A DNA stretch of 64,000 nt from Desulfuromonadales bacterium (lineage in GTDB: Bacteria > Desulfobacterota > Desulfuromonadia > Desulfuromonadales > SZUA-540): contig JAWSUS010000001.1 of assembly GCA_033549025.1 (NCBI GenBank), positions 203,685 through 267,684 of the forward strand, given 5' to 3'. Of this stretch, positions 29,063 to 39,008 are shown in pieces. The notes under the pieces are model-generated. The model was not told the origin of the DNA, ran no database searches, and saw only the letters and a list, made by a program, of their open reading frames with translations. Position numbers and translations under genes: made by a program. Numbering within the stretch: position 1 is the stretch's first letter; every line of letters starts with the position of its first letter.

Positions 29063-29638
29063 ATGAGCAGAGAGCACCTGATTCTGACTGCCTGGAAGCA
29101 GAATAAATTGTGGCCAAGCCTTTTGATGGTGCTGCTGCTGGCCAATGTCGCCCTTTTTGTGGTGGGAAACCAGGTCATCGCCCCGAAGGTGATGCGCCTG
29201 GAAGAACAGCTGGTAAAAAACCAGGCGGAAGCCCGGCTTGCCCGCCAGCAGGGAACCAACGCCGCTACTCCTGAAAATATTCTGATCCGCGGCAGGCAGG
29301 ATCTGCAATCCTTCCGCGAGGCGATACCGGGTAAGGAAACATTCAGCGAGTTGATCGGCGATGTGTCCCTGCTCGCCAACCGCGCCGGCCTGGAAATTGA
29401 CCAGATCACCTACGCCCCCGAGGAAAAACCGGAAGAAAAGCTTCTGGTCTATTCTCTATCCTTTACCGTTTCGGGAAGTTACCGACAGCTCAAAAAATTC
29501 ATTCATTCCCTGGAGCACTCCCCCCGGCTGATTGCCATACAGGAGCTTTCCCTGAGCGGCAGCAGTGAAAAACAGCAGGAAGGTGTCAGGATGCAGATAC
29601 GCCTTTCCACCTACTTCACTTCGGAGGTGGAACGATGA
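29063..29638 (+). CDS. PilO/GspM-like protein
   Basis: TM plus VSGSYRQLKKFIHSLEHSPRLIAI. Confidence 0.8.
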   Translation: MSREHLILTAWKQNKLWPSLLMVLLLANVALFVVGNQVIAPKVMRLEEQLVKNQAEARLARQQGTNAATPENILIRGRQDLQSFREAIPGKETFSELIGDVSLLANRAGLEIDQITYAPEEKPEEKLLVYSLSFTVSGSYRQLKKFIHSLEHSPRLIAIQELSLSGSSEKQQEGVRMQIRLSTYFTSEVER

Positions 29639-30366
29639 ATAAAAAAAATCTGCTCGTGCTGCTGCTTGCCCTGCTCGGCCTCTCAGTCGCCTACGCGATT
29701 ATTCAATACCCCCGCCAGCAGAAAATCGCCCAAGGAAAATCGCCTGCCGCCAGAACCGCGAAGGATGACCTTTCGACCAGGGTGAGCGCCGATCCCGATC
29801 GCGTCCGACTCGATTTGCTGACCCCGGCCGATGAGTCTTTTGCCGCCCCCCAAAAAGATCTCTTCGGGCCTTTGTACCGCCCGGTGGCCCGCACCTCAAA
29901 GCCGGCGGCTCGCCCCCAGGTGAAGACGCCCGCGCCACCCCCTCCCCCACCACCGCAGCCCGTCCAAAAACCGCTGGCGCCCCTGCCTCGTTTTACTGTC
30001 CTGGGCTCGCTGGAAAAGGCCGGAGATAAACAGGTTTTTCTCTCTCTCGGTTCCGAATTGTATCTGGTCAGGCAAGGTAGCCGTTTTGGTCCTGGAGAAA
30101 AATTCCGTGTCGTCGACATGACTGACCGTCAACTGAGCATTCGCATGACCGGCGAAGACCGACTGATCACGTTGCCGCTGGTGGACAAAACGGCGGGGAA
30201 ACCCCTGGGGATCAAACGCAAGGTTTCAGCGCCCCTGCGTGAGCCGCTGCCGGCTACGGCAGAGCCGGTGGAACTGACCCTGCCTGAGAGCCCGACCCCG
30301 CAAGAACCACCGCCCGAGACTCCCATGGAAAGCGGCTCGGTTCCGTATCTGAAAATGCCCGAATGA
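29635..30366 (+). CDS. PilP/GspC-like proline-rich assembly protein
   Basis: N-terminal TM, KDLF, Pro-rich linker, FTVLG..VFL..YLVRQG homology region. Confidence 0.65.
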   Translation: MNKKNLLVLLLALLGLSVAYAIIQYPRQQKIAQGKSPAARTAKDDLSTRVSADPDRVRLDLLTPADESFAAPQKDLFGPLYRPVARTSKPAARPQVKTPAPPPPPPPQPVQKPLAPLPRFTVLGSLEKAGDKQVFLSLGSELYLVRQGSRFGPGEKFRVVDMTDRQLSIRMTGEDRLITLPLVDKTAGKPLGIKRKVSAPLREPLPATAEPVELTLPESPTPQEPPPETPMESGSVPYLKMPE

Positions 30367-30389
30367 CGCCTGCCAAGAAGAGGTGCTTT

Positions 30390-32777
30390 ATGATGAGATA
30401 TATCCACAAAACCATCGCCGTCACCGTGCTGACTTCCTTCCTTCTGGCCGGTTGCGCTGGCCGCCAGGCTTTCCGGGATGGTGAACAACTACTGAATGAA
30501 GGCCGCTACGATCAGGCGGTGGCCAAATACGCCGAAGCCGTGGCCAAAAAACCGGACCGGCAGGAATACCGGATGAAACTCTTCACCGCCCGCGCCGAAG
30601 CCGGGCTCTGGTACCTGGAACAGGGGCAGAATCATCTGGAGAAGGAACGCTATGCCGAGGCAGTGGTCGCCTTTCAGCAGGCAGCTGCCCTCGATCCCAG
30701 CCTGGAAACGGCCAATCAGAAGCTCAAACTGGCCGCAACCCGTCTCAAAGCCCAACAGGCAACAGCGGAGGCCCGCCAGTTCTTCGACACAGACCGCCTG
30801 CCGCAGGCCCGCAAGAGCATCGAATTGGCGCTCCAGCTCGATCCCGACAACCAGGAAGCCAGGGCACTTCAAGAAGAAATCACCGCCGTGCGAATGACCG
30901 TCATCGACGGCTTTGAATTGGCGATAGCTTCCTCAGAGCCTCTCACTTTACGCTTCTCGGACACCAATATTCGCGATGCTTTCGGGATTCTCAGCCGACT
31001 GTCAGGCATCAACTTCATCTTCGACGAGGATATTCGCAGTCAGAAAGTCACCCTCTTTCTTGAAAAAGCCACCTTTGCCCAGGCCCTCGAACTCCTACTG
31101 ACCATGAACGACCTGAACAAGAAGGTCCTGAATCCCAAAACCCTCATCGTCTATCCCAAAACCCGCGACAAGCTCAAGCAATACGAAGAGCAGATTATCC
31201 AGACCTTTTACCTGTCTAACATTGAAGCCAAAAAGGCCGTCAACCTATTGCGCACCATGCTGCAGCTGCGCAAGATCTACGTTCACGAAGAACTCAACGC
31301 CCTGGTCATCCGCGATACGCCCGATGTCATCCGCCTGGCGGAGCAGGTTATCGCCGCGTCGGACCGACCGGATGCCGAAGTCGTTTTTGATCTGGAATTG
31401 ATCGAGGTGAAGCATGACGATACCATGACTCTCGGCCCAAAACTGAAGAGCTACCAGGTCGCCGGCGGCCTGGCCAAAGAAGGCGTCGATACAATTTCAG
31501 ATTCGATCACCCTGCGCAACTTCAACAACCTGGATTTTCTCTACACCATCCCCAGTGCCACTTTCGACTTTCAGAAGCAGCTGACCGATTCGGAGACCCT
31601 GGCCAATCCTAAAATCCGGGTCAAGAACAAGCAGAAAGCCAAGGTTCATGTCGGCAGCCGGGATCCGATAATAACGGCCACGATTTCCGACAATGGTGTG
31701 GTTTCGGAGAACATCCAGTATGTGGATACCGGCGTCAAGCTCGACGTCGAGCCCCTCATCAATCTGGACAACTCGGTCACCACGAAAATCACCCTGGAAC
31801 TCAGCAATGCCCAAAAAGGGTCGGCCACCCCCAACGGCACCGTTCCCCTCATTATTACCACCACCAACGCCCAGACGGTGCTGAGTCTGAGCGACGGGCA
31901 ACGGACCATCATCGGTGGTCTGATCAAGGATGATGCCTCCAAAACCAAAACCACCTTCCCCTTTATCGGCGCCATTCCCATCATAGGCGACCTGATTTCG
32001 GGGCACAGCGATATCAAGACCAAGCGGGAGATCCTCCTTTCCATCACGCCGCATATCGTCCAAAATGTCGACCTGCCCAAATCCAGCGTGGCCACCATCT
32101 GGTCCGGCGGCGAGGATAGTCTCAAGGCCGGCCCCATGCTCGGTTCCTTTGCCGATGAATTCGCGGCCGAAGTGGAGCAGACACCCAAGGCCGTCGTTCC
32201 TGCCTCCAGACCTGCGCCCGAAACGGCGGCACCTGTACCTGAAATGACTGCGCCTGAAGCGGAGGCACCTGCACCCGAAGCTGCGCCAGATGCTCCGCCG
32301 CAAGCCGTGGCAGAGGAGGTACCGACCGAGACGGTCGCGCCACAGCAGGAAGCCGTCATTCCGACGGAAAGCCAGCTGCTTCTATCAGGCCCATCCCTGG
32401 TGAATGCGGGTGAAGAGTTTCCTGTCGCGGTCAAAGTGAACGACGTCACCGAACTGCATAACGCCCCGGCGGTCGTGCTCTATGACCCTGCCCTGCTGGA
32501 TTTTGTGCGAATTGAAGAGGGGAACTTTCTTCGCCAGAAGGAGGCGGCAACCCGCCTGGAGGTCTCCCCTGAGCAGGAATCGGGGCAGGTGGTTATAGAC
32601 TACCGGCAGGAGACCGAGGGGCAGGGAGCTTCAGGACAGGGAGAGCTTTTTCACATATATTTCAGGGCAAAAACCCCTGGGGAAACCTTCCTGCATTTGG
32701 ATACCATCGGCTTCCAGAATGCCCAGGGGCAGCCTGTGGCCGTCGATCCCGCTGAATTTTTTCTGGAGGTTAAATAA
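30390..32777 (+). CDS. gspD: Type II secretion secretin with lipobox, TPRs and C-terminal cohesin-like domain
   Basis: LAGC lipobox; TLANPKIRVKN, QYVDTGVKLDVEP, IIGGLI, EILLSITPHIV; C-terminal GEEFPVAV..YDPALL..SGQGEL. Confidence 0.9.
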   Translation: MMRYIHKTIAVTVLTSFLLAGCAGRQAFRDGEQLLNEGRYDQAVAKYAEAVAKKPDRQEYRMKLFTARAEAGLWYLEQGQNHLEKERYAEAVVAFQQAAALDPSLETANQKLKLAATRLKAQQATAEARQFFDTDRLPQARKSIELALQLDPDNQEARALQEEITAVRMTVIDGFELAIASSEPLTLRFSDTNIRDAFGILSRLSGINFIFDEDIRSQKVTLFLEKATFAQALELLLTMNDLNKKVLNPKTLIVYPKTRDKLKQYEEQIIQTFYLSNIEAKKAVNLLRTMLQLRKIYVHEELNALVIRDTPDVIRLAEQVIAASDRPDAEVVFDLELIEVKHDDTMTLGPKLKSYQVAGGLAKEGVDTISDSITLRNFNNLDFLYTIPSATFDFQKQLTDSETLANPKIRVKNKQKAKVHVGSRDPIITATISDNGVVSENIQYVDTGVKLDVEPLINLDNSVTTKITLELSNAQKGSATPNGTVPLIITTTNAQTVLSLSDGQRTIIGGLIKDDASKTKTTFPFIGAIPIIGDLISGHSDIKTKREILLSITPHIVQNVDLPKSSVATIWSGGEDSLKAGPMLGSFADEFAAEVEQTPKAVVPASRPAPETAAPVPEMTAPEAEAPAPEAAPDAPPQAVAEEVPTETVAPQQEAVIPTESQLLLSGPSLVNAGEEFPVAVKVNDVTELHNAPAVVLYDPALLDFVRIEEGNFLRQKEAATRLEVSPEQESGQVVIDYRQETEGQGASGQGELFHIYFRAKTPGETFLHLDTIGFQNAQGQPVAVDPAEFFLEVK

Positions 32778-32780
32778 CCT

Positions 32781-33272
32781 TTGATGGTGGTTGGACGTTT
32801 GTGCAAAAATGAGCGGGGCCTGACCCTGATTGAGATGATCATCGCCGTGACCATCCTGGCGATCCTGGCGTCCGCCGTCATCCCCTTTGCCGAGGTCAAC
32901 GTCAAACGCACCAAAGAACTGGAATTGCGCCGCAGTCTGCGACTGATGCGCACCGCCATCGACGACTACAAGGCCGACTATGACAAGGCCGTCGCCCAGA
33001 AGAAGATATCTGCCGTCGTCGGTGAAACAGGCTACCCGGAATCCCTGGATATCCTGCTGGAGGGCACGGACTGGGGCGGACTATATCCCTACAAGCGCAA
33101 ATATCTCCGCCGCCTCCCCCGCGATCCCTTCGATCAATATGGTGATAGCTGGGGATTAAGAGCCTACGGGGACGATCACGATTCTACGGTCTGGGGCGGA
33201 AACGATATCTATGATGTCTACTCGCAGAGTGATCTGACCGCCCTGGACGGCACCCCCTACAACACCTGGTAG
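32781..33272 (+). CDS. Type II secretion pseudopilin (PulG-like)
   Basis: RG/LTLIEM prepilin motif; YLRRLPRDPF; LDGTPYNTW. Confidence 0.88.
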   Translation: MMVVGRLCKNERGLTLIEMIIAVTILAILASAVIPFAEVNVKRTKELELRRSLRLMRTAIDDYKADYDKAVAQKKISAVVGETGYPESLDILLEGTDWGGLYPYKRKYLRRLPRDPFDQYGDSWGLRAYGDDHDSTVWGGNDIYDVYSQSDLTALDGTPYNTW

Positions 33273-33278
33273 AGAGTT

Positions 33279-33686
33279 ATGAACCCTATTTTTCGACATC
33301 GAACGGCGGCCGGTTTCACCCTGATCGAACTGCTGATCATCATGACTATCATCGGCATTCTCTTTGCCATTGCCGTTCCGAATTACAAGCACAGCCTGAT
33401 CAAGGCCCGCGAGTCGGTGCTGATGGAAGACCTGTTCCAGATGCGCAGCGCCATCGATGCCTATTTCGCTGACAACGGCCGCTATCCCGACTCCCTTGAA
33501 AACCTCCAGGAGGGCAAATACCTGCGCACCATTCCCCGCGACCCTTTCACCCGTTCGTCGGAGACCTGGGTGACGATTCCCCCCGCCTTCTCGTCCTCCG
33601 GCGAACTGGCCGAGGGTCAGGTTTTCGATGTGCGCAGCGGCAGCGATCTCATCTCCCTCGGCGGCACGCCTTATAAAGATTGGTGA
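33279..33686 (+). CDS. Type II secretion pseudopilin (OxpG-like)
   Basis: G/FTLIELL; KARESVLMEDL..MRSAID.YFAD.GRYP; YLRTIPRDPFT. Confidence 0.88.
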   Translation: MNPIFRHRTAAGFTLIELLIIMTIIGILFAIAVPNYKHSLIKARESVLMEDLFQMRSAIDAYFADNGRYPDSLENLQEGKYLRTIPRDPFTRSSETWVTIPPAFSSSGELAEGQVFDVRSGSDLISLGGTPYKDW

Positions 33687-33739
33687 GCGCGTCCGAGAAT
33701 TTTCCTTGCCCGTCTTCCCCCGTATTCACAGGAACCTGC

Positions 33740-35221
33740 ATGCCCGACCAAAACTTTCTCAACGACAACCAACACCTCGACATTTTTAAGGATCTGATCG
33801 ACCAATCTTCAGACGCCATCTTTATCGTTCATCCTGCCAGCGGCCAGGTTCTCTACGCCAACGAGCAGGCCTGCAGCAATCTTCAGTATTCCCGCACCGA
33901 GCTCACCAGCCTGCACCTCTGGGACTACGCCGGCAACGTCACCACTCCCGAAGAGTTTGCGAACTTCCGCGATCAGATGAAAACGATCGGACAGCGCCGC
34001 TTTGAGACCTATCAGCGCACCCGCTCCGGCGAAAAAATTCCGGTGGAGATCAACGTCCGTATGATTCATTGCCAGGACGAGGACTACCTGGTCTCCTCAG
34101 TCCGGGACATCCGCCGCCGAAAAGCTTATGAAACCAGCCTGATCAACGAGCGCAACAAACTTGAAGGGGTCATCTCGGCCATCGAGGATGGCATAACGCT
34201 GGTAAGCCCCGACTTCACCGTGCTTTATCAGAATTCAAGCCACCGGGCCAAACAGGGGGATCAGGTGGGGCGCCCCTGCTACCTGGCTTACCATGGCCTC
34301 GAAACCGTCTGTGAAGGGTGCCTGGTGGCCAAAACACTGCAAGACGGCAAGAGCCACAAAAGGCAGGTCGAGGCGTTGAACGCGGAAGGCCGGCTGTATT
34401 TCGAAGTGATCTCCTGCCCAATTCGCGATGCGGCAGGAAAGATCACCTCCGTCGTGGAATCGGTGAGGGACATCACCCGGCAAAGACTGGCGGAAGAGGC
34501 CCTGCGGGAATCAGTACGGCTGCGCACCGATTTTATTTCCATCGCGGCGCATGAACTGCGCACCCCGCTGGCTGTCGTTATCGGTTACGCCGAACTGCTG
34601 GAGGCGTCGGAAGGCTCGGAAGAGTTCACGCCAGAAGAGAGGAAAGAATTTGTTGAGGAAATTCTGGCCAAGTCCAGTGCCCTCAACAAAATCATTGATG
34701 AGCTGCTGGATCTCAGTCGCATTGAAAGAGGCCAGAAGCTCACCATTGACCTCTCTCCGATCAATATGCTGGAGCTACTGCAGAAAATCTGGCGTTCCTA
34801 TATCAATCTTTTTCCAAGGTACCGTTTTGATGTCAGCATAGCTGAGGGCATGCCCCCCACCTTCGAGATCGATGCGACCCGGTTTAGACAGGCACTGGAA
34901 AATATTCTCAACAACGCCATTAAATATTCCAGCCCCGGTTCGTTCATTCACCTCAGCGCCGAGGAAGTTCCTGACGGCTTAAAGCTTACGGTCCGCGATG
35001 AAGGCATCGGCATGACGGAGGATGAGGTGGAGCGGATCTTTGAACCATTCTACCGGGCCAGGCCCGACGATCCGACCGTCCGCGGTCTGGGCCTGGGCAT
35101 GAGCCTGGTCAAGCACATCATCGATGCGCATCACGGCCAAATCAACATCAAGAGCGTCCCCCTCGAAGGAACGACCGTTACCCTCTTTCTGCCCCGGTCG
35201 CCCTTCACCCCCGCCGACTGA
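33740..35221 (+). CDS. PAS-PAS sensor histidine kinase
   Basis: Two PAS/PAC units, HELRTPL H-box, NILNNAIKYS, DEGIG, GLGLG. Confidence 0.92.
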   Translation: MPDQNFLNDNQHLDIFKDLIDQSSDAIFIVHPASGQVLYANEQACSNLQYSRTELTSLHLWDYAGNVTTPEEFANFRDQMKTIGQRRFETYQRTRSGEKIPVEINVRMIHCQDEDYLVSSVRDIRRRKAYETSLINERNKLEGVISAIEDGITLVSPDFTVLYQNSSHRAKQGDQVGRPCYLAYHGLETVCEGCLVAKTLQDGKSHKRQVEALNAEGRLYFEVISCPIRDAAGKITSVVESVRDITRQRLAEEALRESVRLRTDFISIAAHELRTPLAVVIGYAELLEASEGSEEFTPEERKEFVEEILAKSSALNKIIDELLDLSRIERGQKLTIDLSPINMLELLQKIWRSYINLFPRYRFDVSIAEGMPPTFEIDATRFRQALENILNNAIKYSSPGSFIHLSAEEVPDGLKLTVRDEGIGMTEDEVERIFEPFYRARPDDPTVRGLGLGMSLVKHIIDAHHGQINIKSVPLEGTTVTLFLPRSPFTPAD

Positions 35222-35254
35222 TTCCGGGGTCATGCCCGGGAGCCGGAAGAAGAA

Positions 35255-37693
35255 TCAGGCAAGGGTCAGAATCTGATCGGTCACCTCGGTAAACGCCACA
35301 TCGTGACTGATCAAAAAGAGCTGATCGTACCAGTGCTCCGTCACTTCTTCCTGGCCGACGTCGATGGCCCTGAAAGCCTGGGCCAGATTTTCCCGGCGAG
35401 TCGCGTCAAGGTTGGAAGTCGGTTCGTCAAAAAAGGCTAGACGGGCGCCGATAGTCTGCAGCATGGCCAGCCGCAAGGCCACCACGGCGCTCATGGTCTG
35501 GCCGCCGGAGAGCTGATCATCGGCCCGTTCGCGTAGTTGACCTTCAACCAGGTCGCGCAGCACAATCTGGTAATTCTCGCCCCAGGCCAGTTCCTCATCG
35601 GCTTCCGCGATGATCCGGTAGATGCGGTTGGCCCGCTGGCTGATTTCTTCGCGGAAGCGTTCGGACAGATACCCCGATACATGGCGAAACACCCGGTTGC
35701 GCAGAAACTTGACCAGCTCCTCCTTCTCCCGGTACACCCTGATCTGCTCCTGTTTGGCGGCGATATCCTTTTCGATCTGTCTGAGCTTGTCAACCTCGGC
35801 CTTCAGGCGGGCACCGTCGGCAGCCAACCCTTTAACCTGTTGCCCGAGCGCGTTGACTCCCCCCAAAAGCGCGTCTCTCTGTTTGCGAAGCGCCTCATGG
35901 GCGGCGGCGCCATATTCCTTACCCGCCTGGCTGTGGGCTGTTTCCCTGGCCGTCAAGGTCTCCCGCAATTGGCCTAGAAGGTTTTCGAACTTTTCTAGTT
36001 CGGCACGACGCCCGACCAGTTCGGCGGCCTGCTGCTGGTTGGCGACATAAAGGTCACGGGCCGGCTGGTGTTTAGCTTTCTCCTTTTCGGTGGCCTCAAT
36101 GTCGGCCTGCAAGCCGCGATACCCCTCCAAAACTTTCTGTTTTTCATCCAGTTGATGCTGAGCTAAGCGCTGTTCCTTTTGCAGTTGGGCCAAGCCTTCG
36201 GCCCGGCGCTCATTGGCCTCACGCCGCAAGACAAGGCTGGCAAGCTGCTCGTCTACGCCCTGGAGTCTGACAGTAACGGATTTGATCTCATCGCTGGCCC
36301 GGCTTGCCGCTTTCTCTTCCTGCTCGGACAGCTGAATTTCATGCAGAAGTCGCTGGCGCTCTTTATCCAGCTCAGAAAATCGGACCGAGAAGACATCCTC
36401 CGCCGGCTTTTCGGACAGATTGAGACAGGGCTCCTGGAAAAAAGGGCAGATACCCTCGGCGAGTTTTTCGCTCCCCTCCGCCAGAGCGCCCCGACGCCCA
36501 TCGAGCTGCCCGAGTTGTTGACGCAAACCTTCAAGACGCTGGCGAATTTCCGGCAGGCGCGCCGCCAAAGCCTGCTGTTTCTCATCCAGCGCCAAAGCCT
36601 TACGACTTTCGGCCAGACTCTTTTCTTCGGCAGCTAGGTCCTGCCGGGCTTTTTCGATGGATTGAGACTCGACGGTGTGGCGCTCCCCCAAAACGCTAAC
36701 CCGGGTTCTAAGCTCGGCAGCTTCCTGTTCAAGCCGCCGCTGCGCCTTGACCTGCTCCCGCAGGGCGCTCAAACGGGCCTCGGCCTCTTCGAAAGCCTTC
36801 TTGCCCGGGGCGGTCTCCTCGATAATTTTGCCGGCCTTTACCGCTTCATCGACCAGCAGTTTCTGTTTGCCGATCATTTCATTGCCGTTACCGATCCGCA
36901 CGTTGAGACTGTCGATCTCCTTTTCAAGCTCCTTGAGCTCCTTTTCGCGTTGATCGGCACCAAGCAGTTGCGTTTCCAGCTCCTTGAGCCCTTGCTGCTG
37001 AGCGGCAAGATCAGCCTCGGCCTGCGCAAGTGCTTTTACGGCGGCCTGGGATTCGGCTTTCTTCACAGGCAGCTCGAGGACCTGACTCTGCAAGGGGCCA
37101 ATGGCGCTTTCGAGCGCATCCACCTTCGCCTTGATGGCAGCGGTCAGCACCTTGGTCTCGTTGAACGTCTTGCGCCAGGCATCAATCCCGAGGATTTCAT
37201 CGAACTTGTCACGACGTCTGGCCGGCTGTTTGATGACGAAAGGCCCGAGGAATTCGTGCTGAAAGGGGCCGATTACCAGCTCGAACTGTTCGGCCAGAGA
37301 ACGCCCGCCACTGAGCCCGAGCAGTTCTTTGAGGCGCGCCTCGGTCTCCTTGGCGTCCTTATGCTCCTCGACCTCGAAGGTGCCGCCGACCTCCTTGGCC
37401 AGCAGCCATTTAGAAGGAGTTCCCACGGTTCGACTGACCCGATACCGTTCATCACCGGCCCCTTGAAAGACCACCGCAATCTCGCCCCGTTTGGCGCCGA
37501 TGGTGACAAACCGGTCGATATTGCCGACAAAACTCTGAGCGTCAACCCCGAACAGCGCATAACCGATCGCCTCGAAGATGGTGCTTTTGCCGACTCCGTT
37601 GGGGCCGGAGAGGACGTTGATCCCCGGCGAAAAGGCCAGCTCGGTATCGCGATGCGATTTGATGTTTTTGAGATGGATGGAAAGAATCTGCAC
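35255..37693 (-). CDS. sbcC: SbcC/Rad50-like SMC ATPase
   Basis: GPNGVGKST Walker A, long coiled coil, LSGGQ signature, FFDEPT Walker B; GTG start. Confidence 0.88.
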   Translation of the reverse strand: MQILSIHLKNIKSHRDTELAFSPGINVLSGPNGVGKSTIFEAIGYALFGVDAQSFVGNIDRFVTIGAKRGEIAVVFQGAGDERYRVSRTVGTPSKWLLAKEVGGTFEVEEHKDAKETEARLKELLGLSGGRSLAEQFELVIGPFQHEFLGPFVIKQPARRRDKFDEILGIDAWRKTFNETKVLTAAIKAKVDALESAIGPLQSQVLELPVKKAESQAAVKALAQAEADLAAQQQGLKELETQLLGADQREKELKELEKEIDSLNVRIGNGNEMIGKQKLLVDEAVKAGKIIEETAPGKKAFEEAEARLSALREQVKAQRRLEQEAAELRTRVSVLGERHTVESQSIEKARQDLAAEEKSLAESRKALALDEKQQALAARLPEIRQRLEGLRQQLGQLDGRRGALAEGSEKLAEGICPFFQEPCLNLSEKPAEDVFSVRFSELDKERQRLLHEIQLSEQEEKAASRASDEIKSVTVRLQGVDEQLASLVLRREANERRAEGLAQLQKEQRLAQHQLDEKQKVLEGYRGLQADIEATEKEKAKHQPARDLYVANQQQAAELVGRRAELEKFENLLGQLRETLTARETAHSQAGKEYGAAAHEALRKQRDALLGGVNALGQQVKGLAADGARLKAEVDKLRQIEKDIAAKQEQIRVYREKEELVKFLRNRVFRHVSGYLSERFREEISQRANRIYRIIAEADEELAWGENYQIVLRDLVEGQLRERADDQLSGGQTMSAVVALRLAMLQTIGARLAFFDEPTSNLDATRRENLAQAFRAIDVGQEEVTEHWYDQLFLISHDVAFTEVTDQILTLA

Positions 37694-37720
37694 AGGCCAA
37701 CCCTTTTCGTATCTTAAGAA

Positions 37721-38956
37721 TCAATCCAGCAATGCCAGCAACTCGCCGCCATCGACATCACCCTTTTTCACGGCCTCACGCAGGCGGACTGCGAGCTGGA
37801 CGAGTTCCTCCTCGCGTCCCTGATAATCGCTGCCGGACAGGATCAGATCGTGCAGAACTTCCAGCTCGATCTCTTCCAGGCTCTTTTTAGTCGCCCCCGC
37901 CTCCCCGGTACTGCTGACCAGGGAGAGATGGTTCTTGATCTCGACATGCAAGGGTTCAAACAGTTCTGCCAGGGTCAGTTTCAGTCGCTCGCGGCCGAGC
38001 TCAAAGGGATGGAAGCCGACGCGGCCGACCAGCTTCAATTCGAGCAGCGGCGGGCGCTTATCGCCGGCGGGTTCTATCCTGGCTGCCACCTGGTCGCGAA
38101 ACAGCGCGAGCGCCTGGTCAGCGTTCTCGGCCCCCTGCAGATCAATCGTCTCGACAAACATGGGACGCGGCGAGGTGTTCCGGAATTCGGGGGTAAACAC
38201 GCCATTTTCGAAGGTGACGACATAGTACCCCTTGTCGTACTTCTCCTCCCCAAAGTTAACCCGCTCCGGCGAACCGGGATTAAAGGCATAGGCCTTCCCC
38301 GCCGGCGTTTCAATGACATAGGGCTTGTGGCCGTGGCCAAGAGCGACATAACCGAATCGCTCTGCCAGCGGGTGGGCTTCCTGCAGCTTCATGTTGCCAA
38401 TTTCGACGGGCGAATATTTCCAGATGCCGACGTGAAAGAGCAGCAGGTTATGTTCCGTGTCAATGGCCTCAACGATACGGTTAACGTGGGCGCCCGCCTG
38501 CGCGCCGATATATCCCAAGCCATAGAGATTGACCTCACCGATGCGCAGATGTCCCCCCATGCCCGCATCCTCATCAAAGGGATCAAAGCGGTAGTCGCCT
38601 TCGCCGGTCCGCGAGGGGCGCAGCAGCCGCAGATACCCCATGTGCGACAGGGCTTCCATCCACGAGATGTTATCGCGGCGGTGAATCCAGTCGTGATTCC
38701 CCTCGATAGCCACACAGGGGATGCCGGCATCCTTGAGGGGCTGCAGCGTCTCGATGGTTTTGGCAAAGGTGCGTGGCAGGATCTGGCCGACGTGAAAAAG
38801 GTCCCCGGCAATGAGCACGGCATCGACTCGTTCGTGGACGGCATCGCGAACGATGGTCGCCAGAGTGGCGAAGAAGTCGTCATAGCGCTCCTTCTCGCCA
38901 TCGGAGCCTCGGTAGGTTTTTCCTAAATGGATATCCGCCGTATGGATGAAACGCAT
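37721..38956 (-). CDS. sbcD: SbcD/Mre11-like metallophosphoesterase nuclease
   Basis: HTADIHLG, AGDLF, GNHD, ALGHGH, PGSPER; adjacent to sbcC. Confidence 0.88.
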   Translation of the reverse strand: MRFIHTADIHLGKTYRGSDGEKERYDDFFATLATIVRDAVHERVDAVLIAGDLFHVGQILPRTFAKTIETLQPLKDAGIPCVAIEGNHDWIHRRDNISWMEALSHMGYLRLLRPSRTGEGDYRFDPFDEDAGMGGHLRIGEVNLYGLGYIGAQAGAHVNRIVEAIDTEHNLLLFHVGIWKYSPVEIGNMKLQEAHPLAERFGYVALGHGHKPYVIETPAGKAYAFNPGSPERVNFGEEKYDKGYYVVTFENGVFTPEFRNTSPRPMFVETIDLQGAENADQALALFRDQVAARIEPAGDKRPPLLELKLVGRVGFHPFELGRERLKLTLAELFEPLHVEIKNHLSLVSSTGEAGATKKSLEEIELEVLHDLILSGSDYQGREEELVQLAVRLREAVKKGDVDGGELLALLD

Positions 38957-39008
38957 AATCAATCCAGTCCTTGAAGACTAAAAGAGGCAGCCGGGCACAG
39001 CGTGGCCC

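Noticed and set aside
35255..38956. SMC plus nuclease pair as an anti-phage or anti-plasmid defence system
   Set aside because: Motifs and gene order fit housekeeping SbcCD; no additional defence components nearby.
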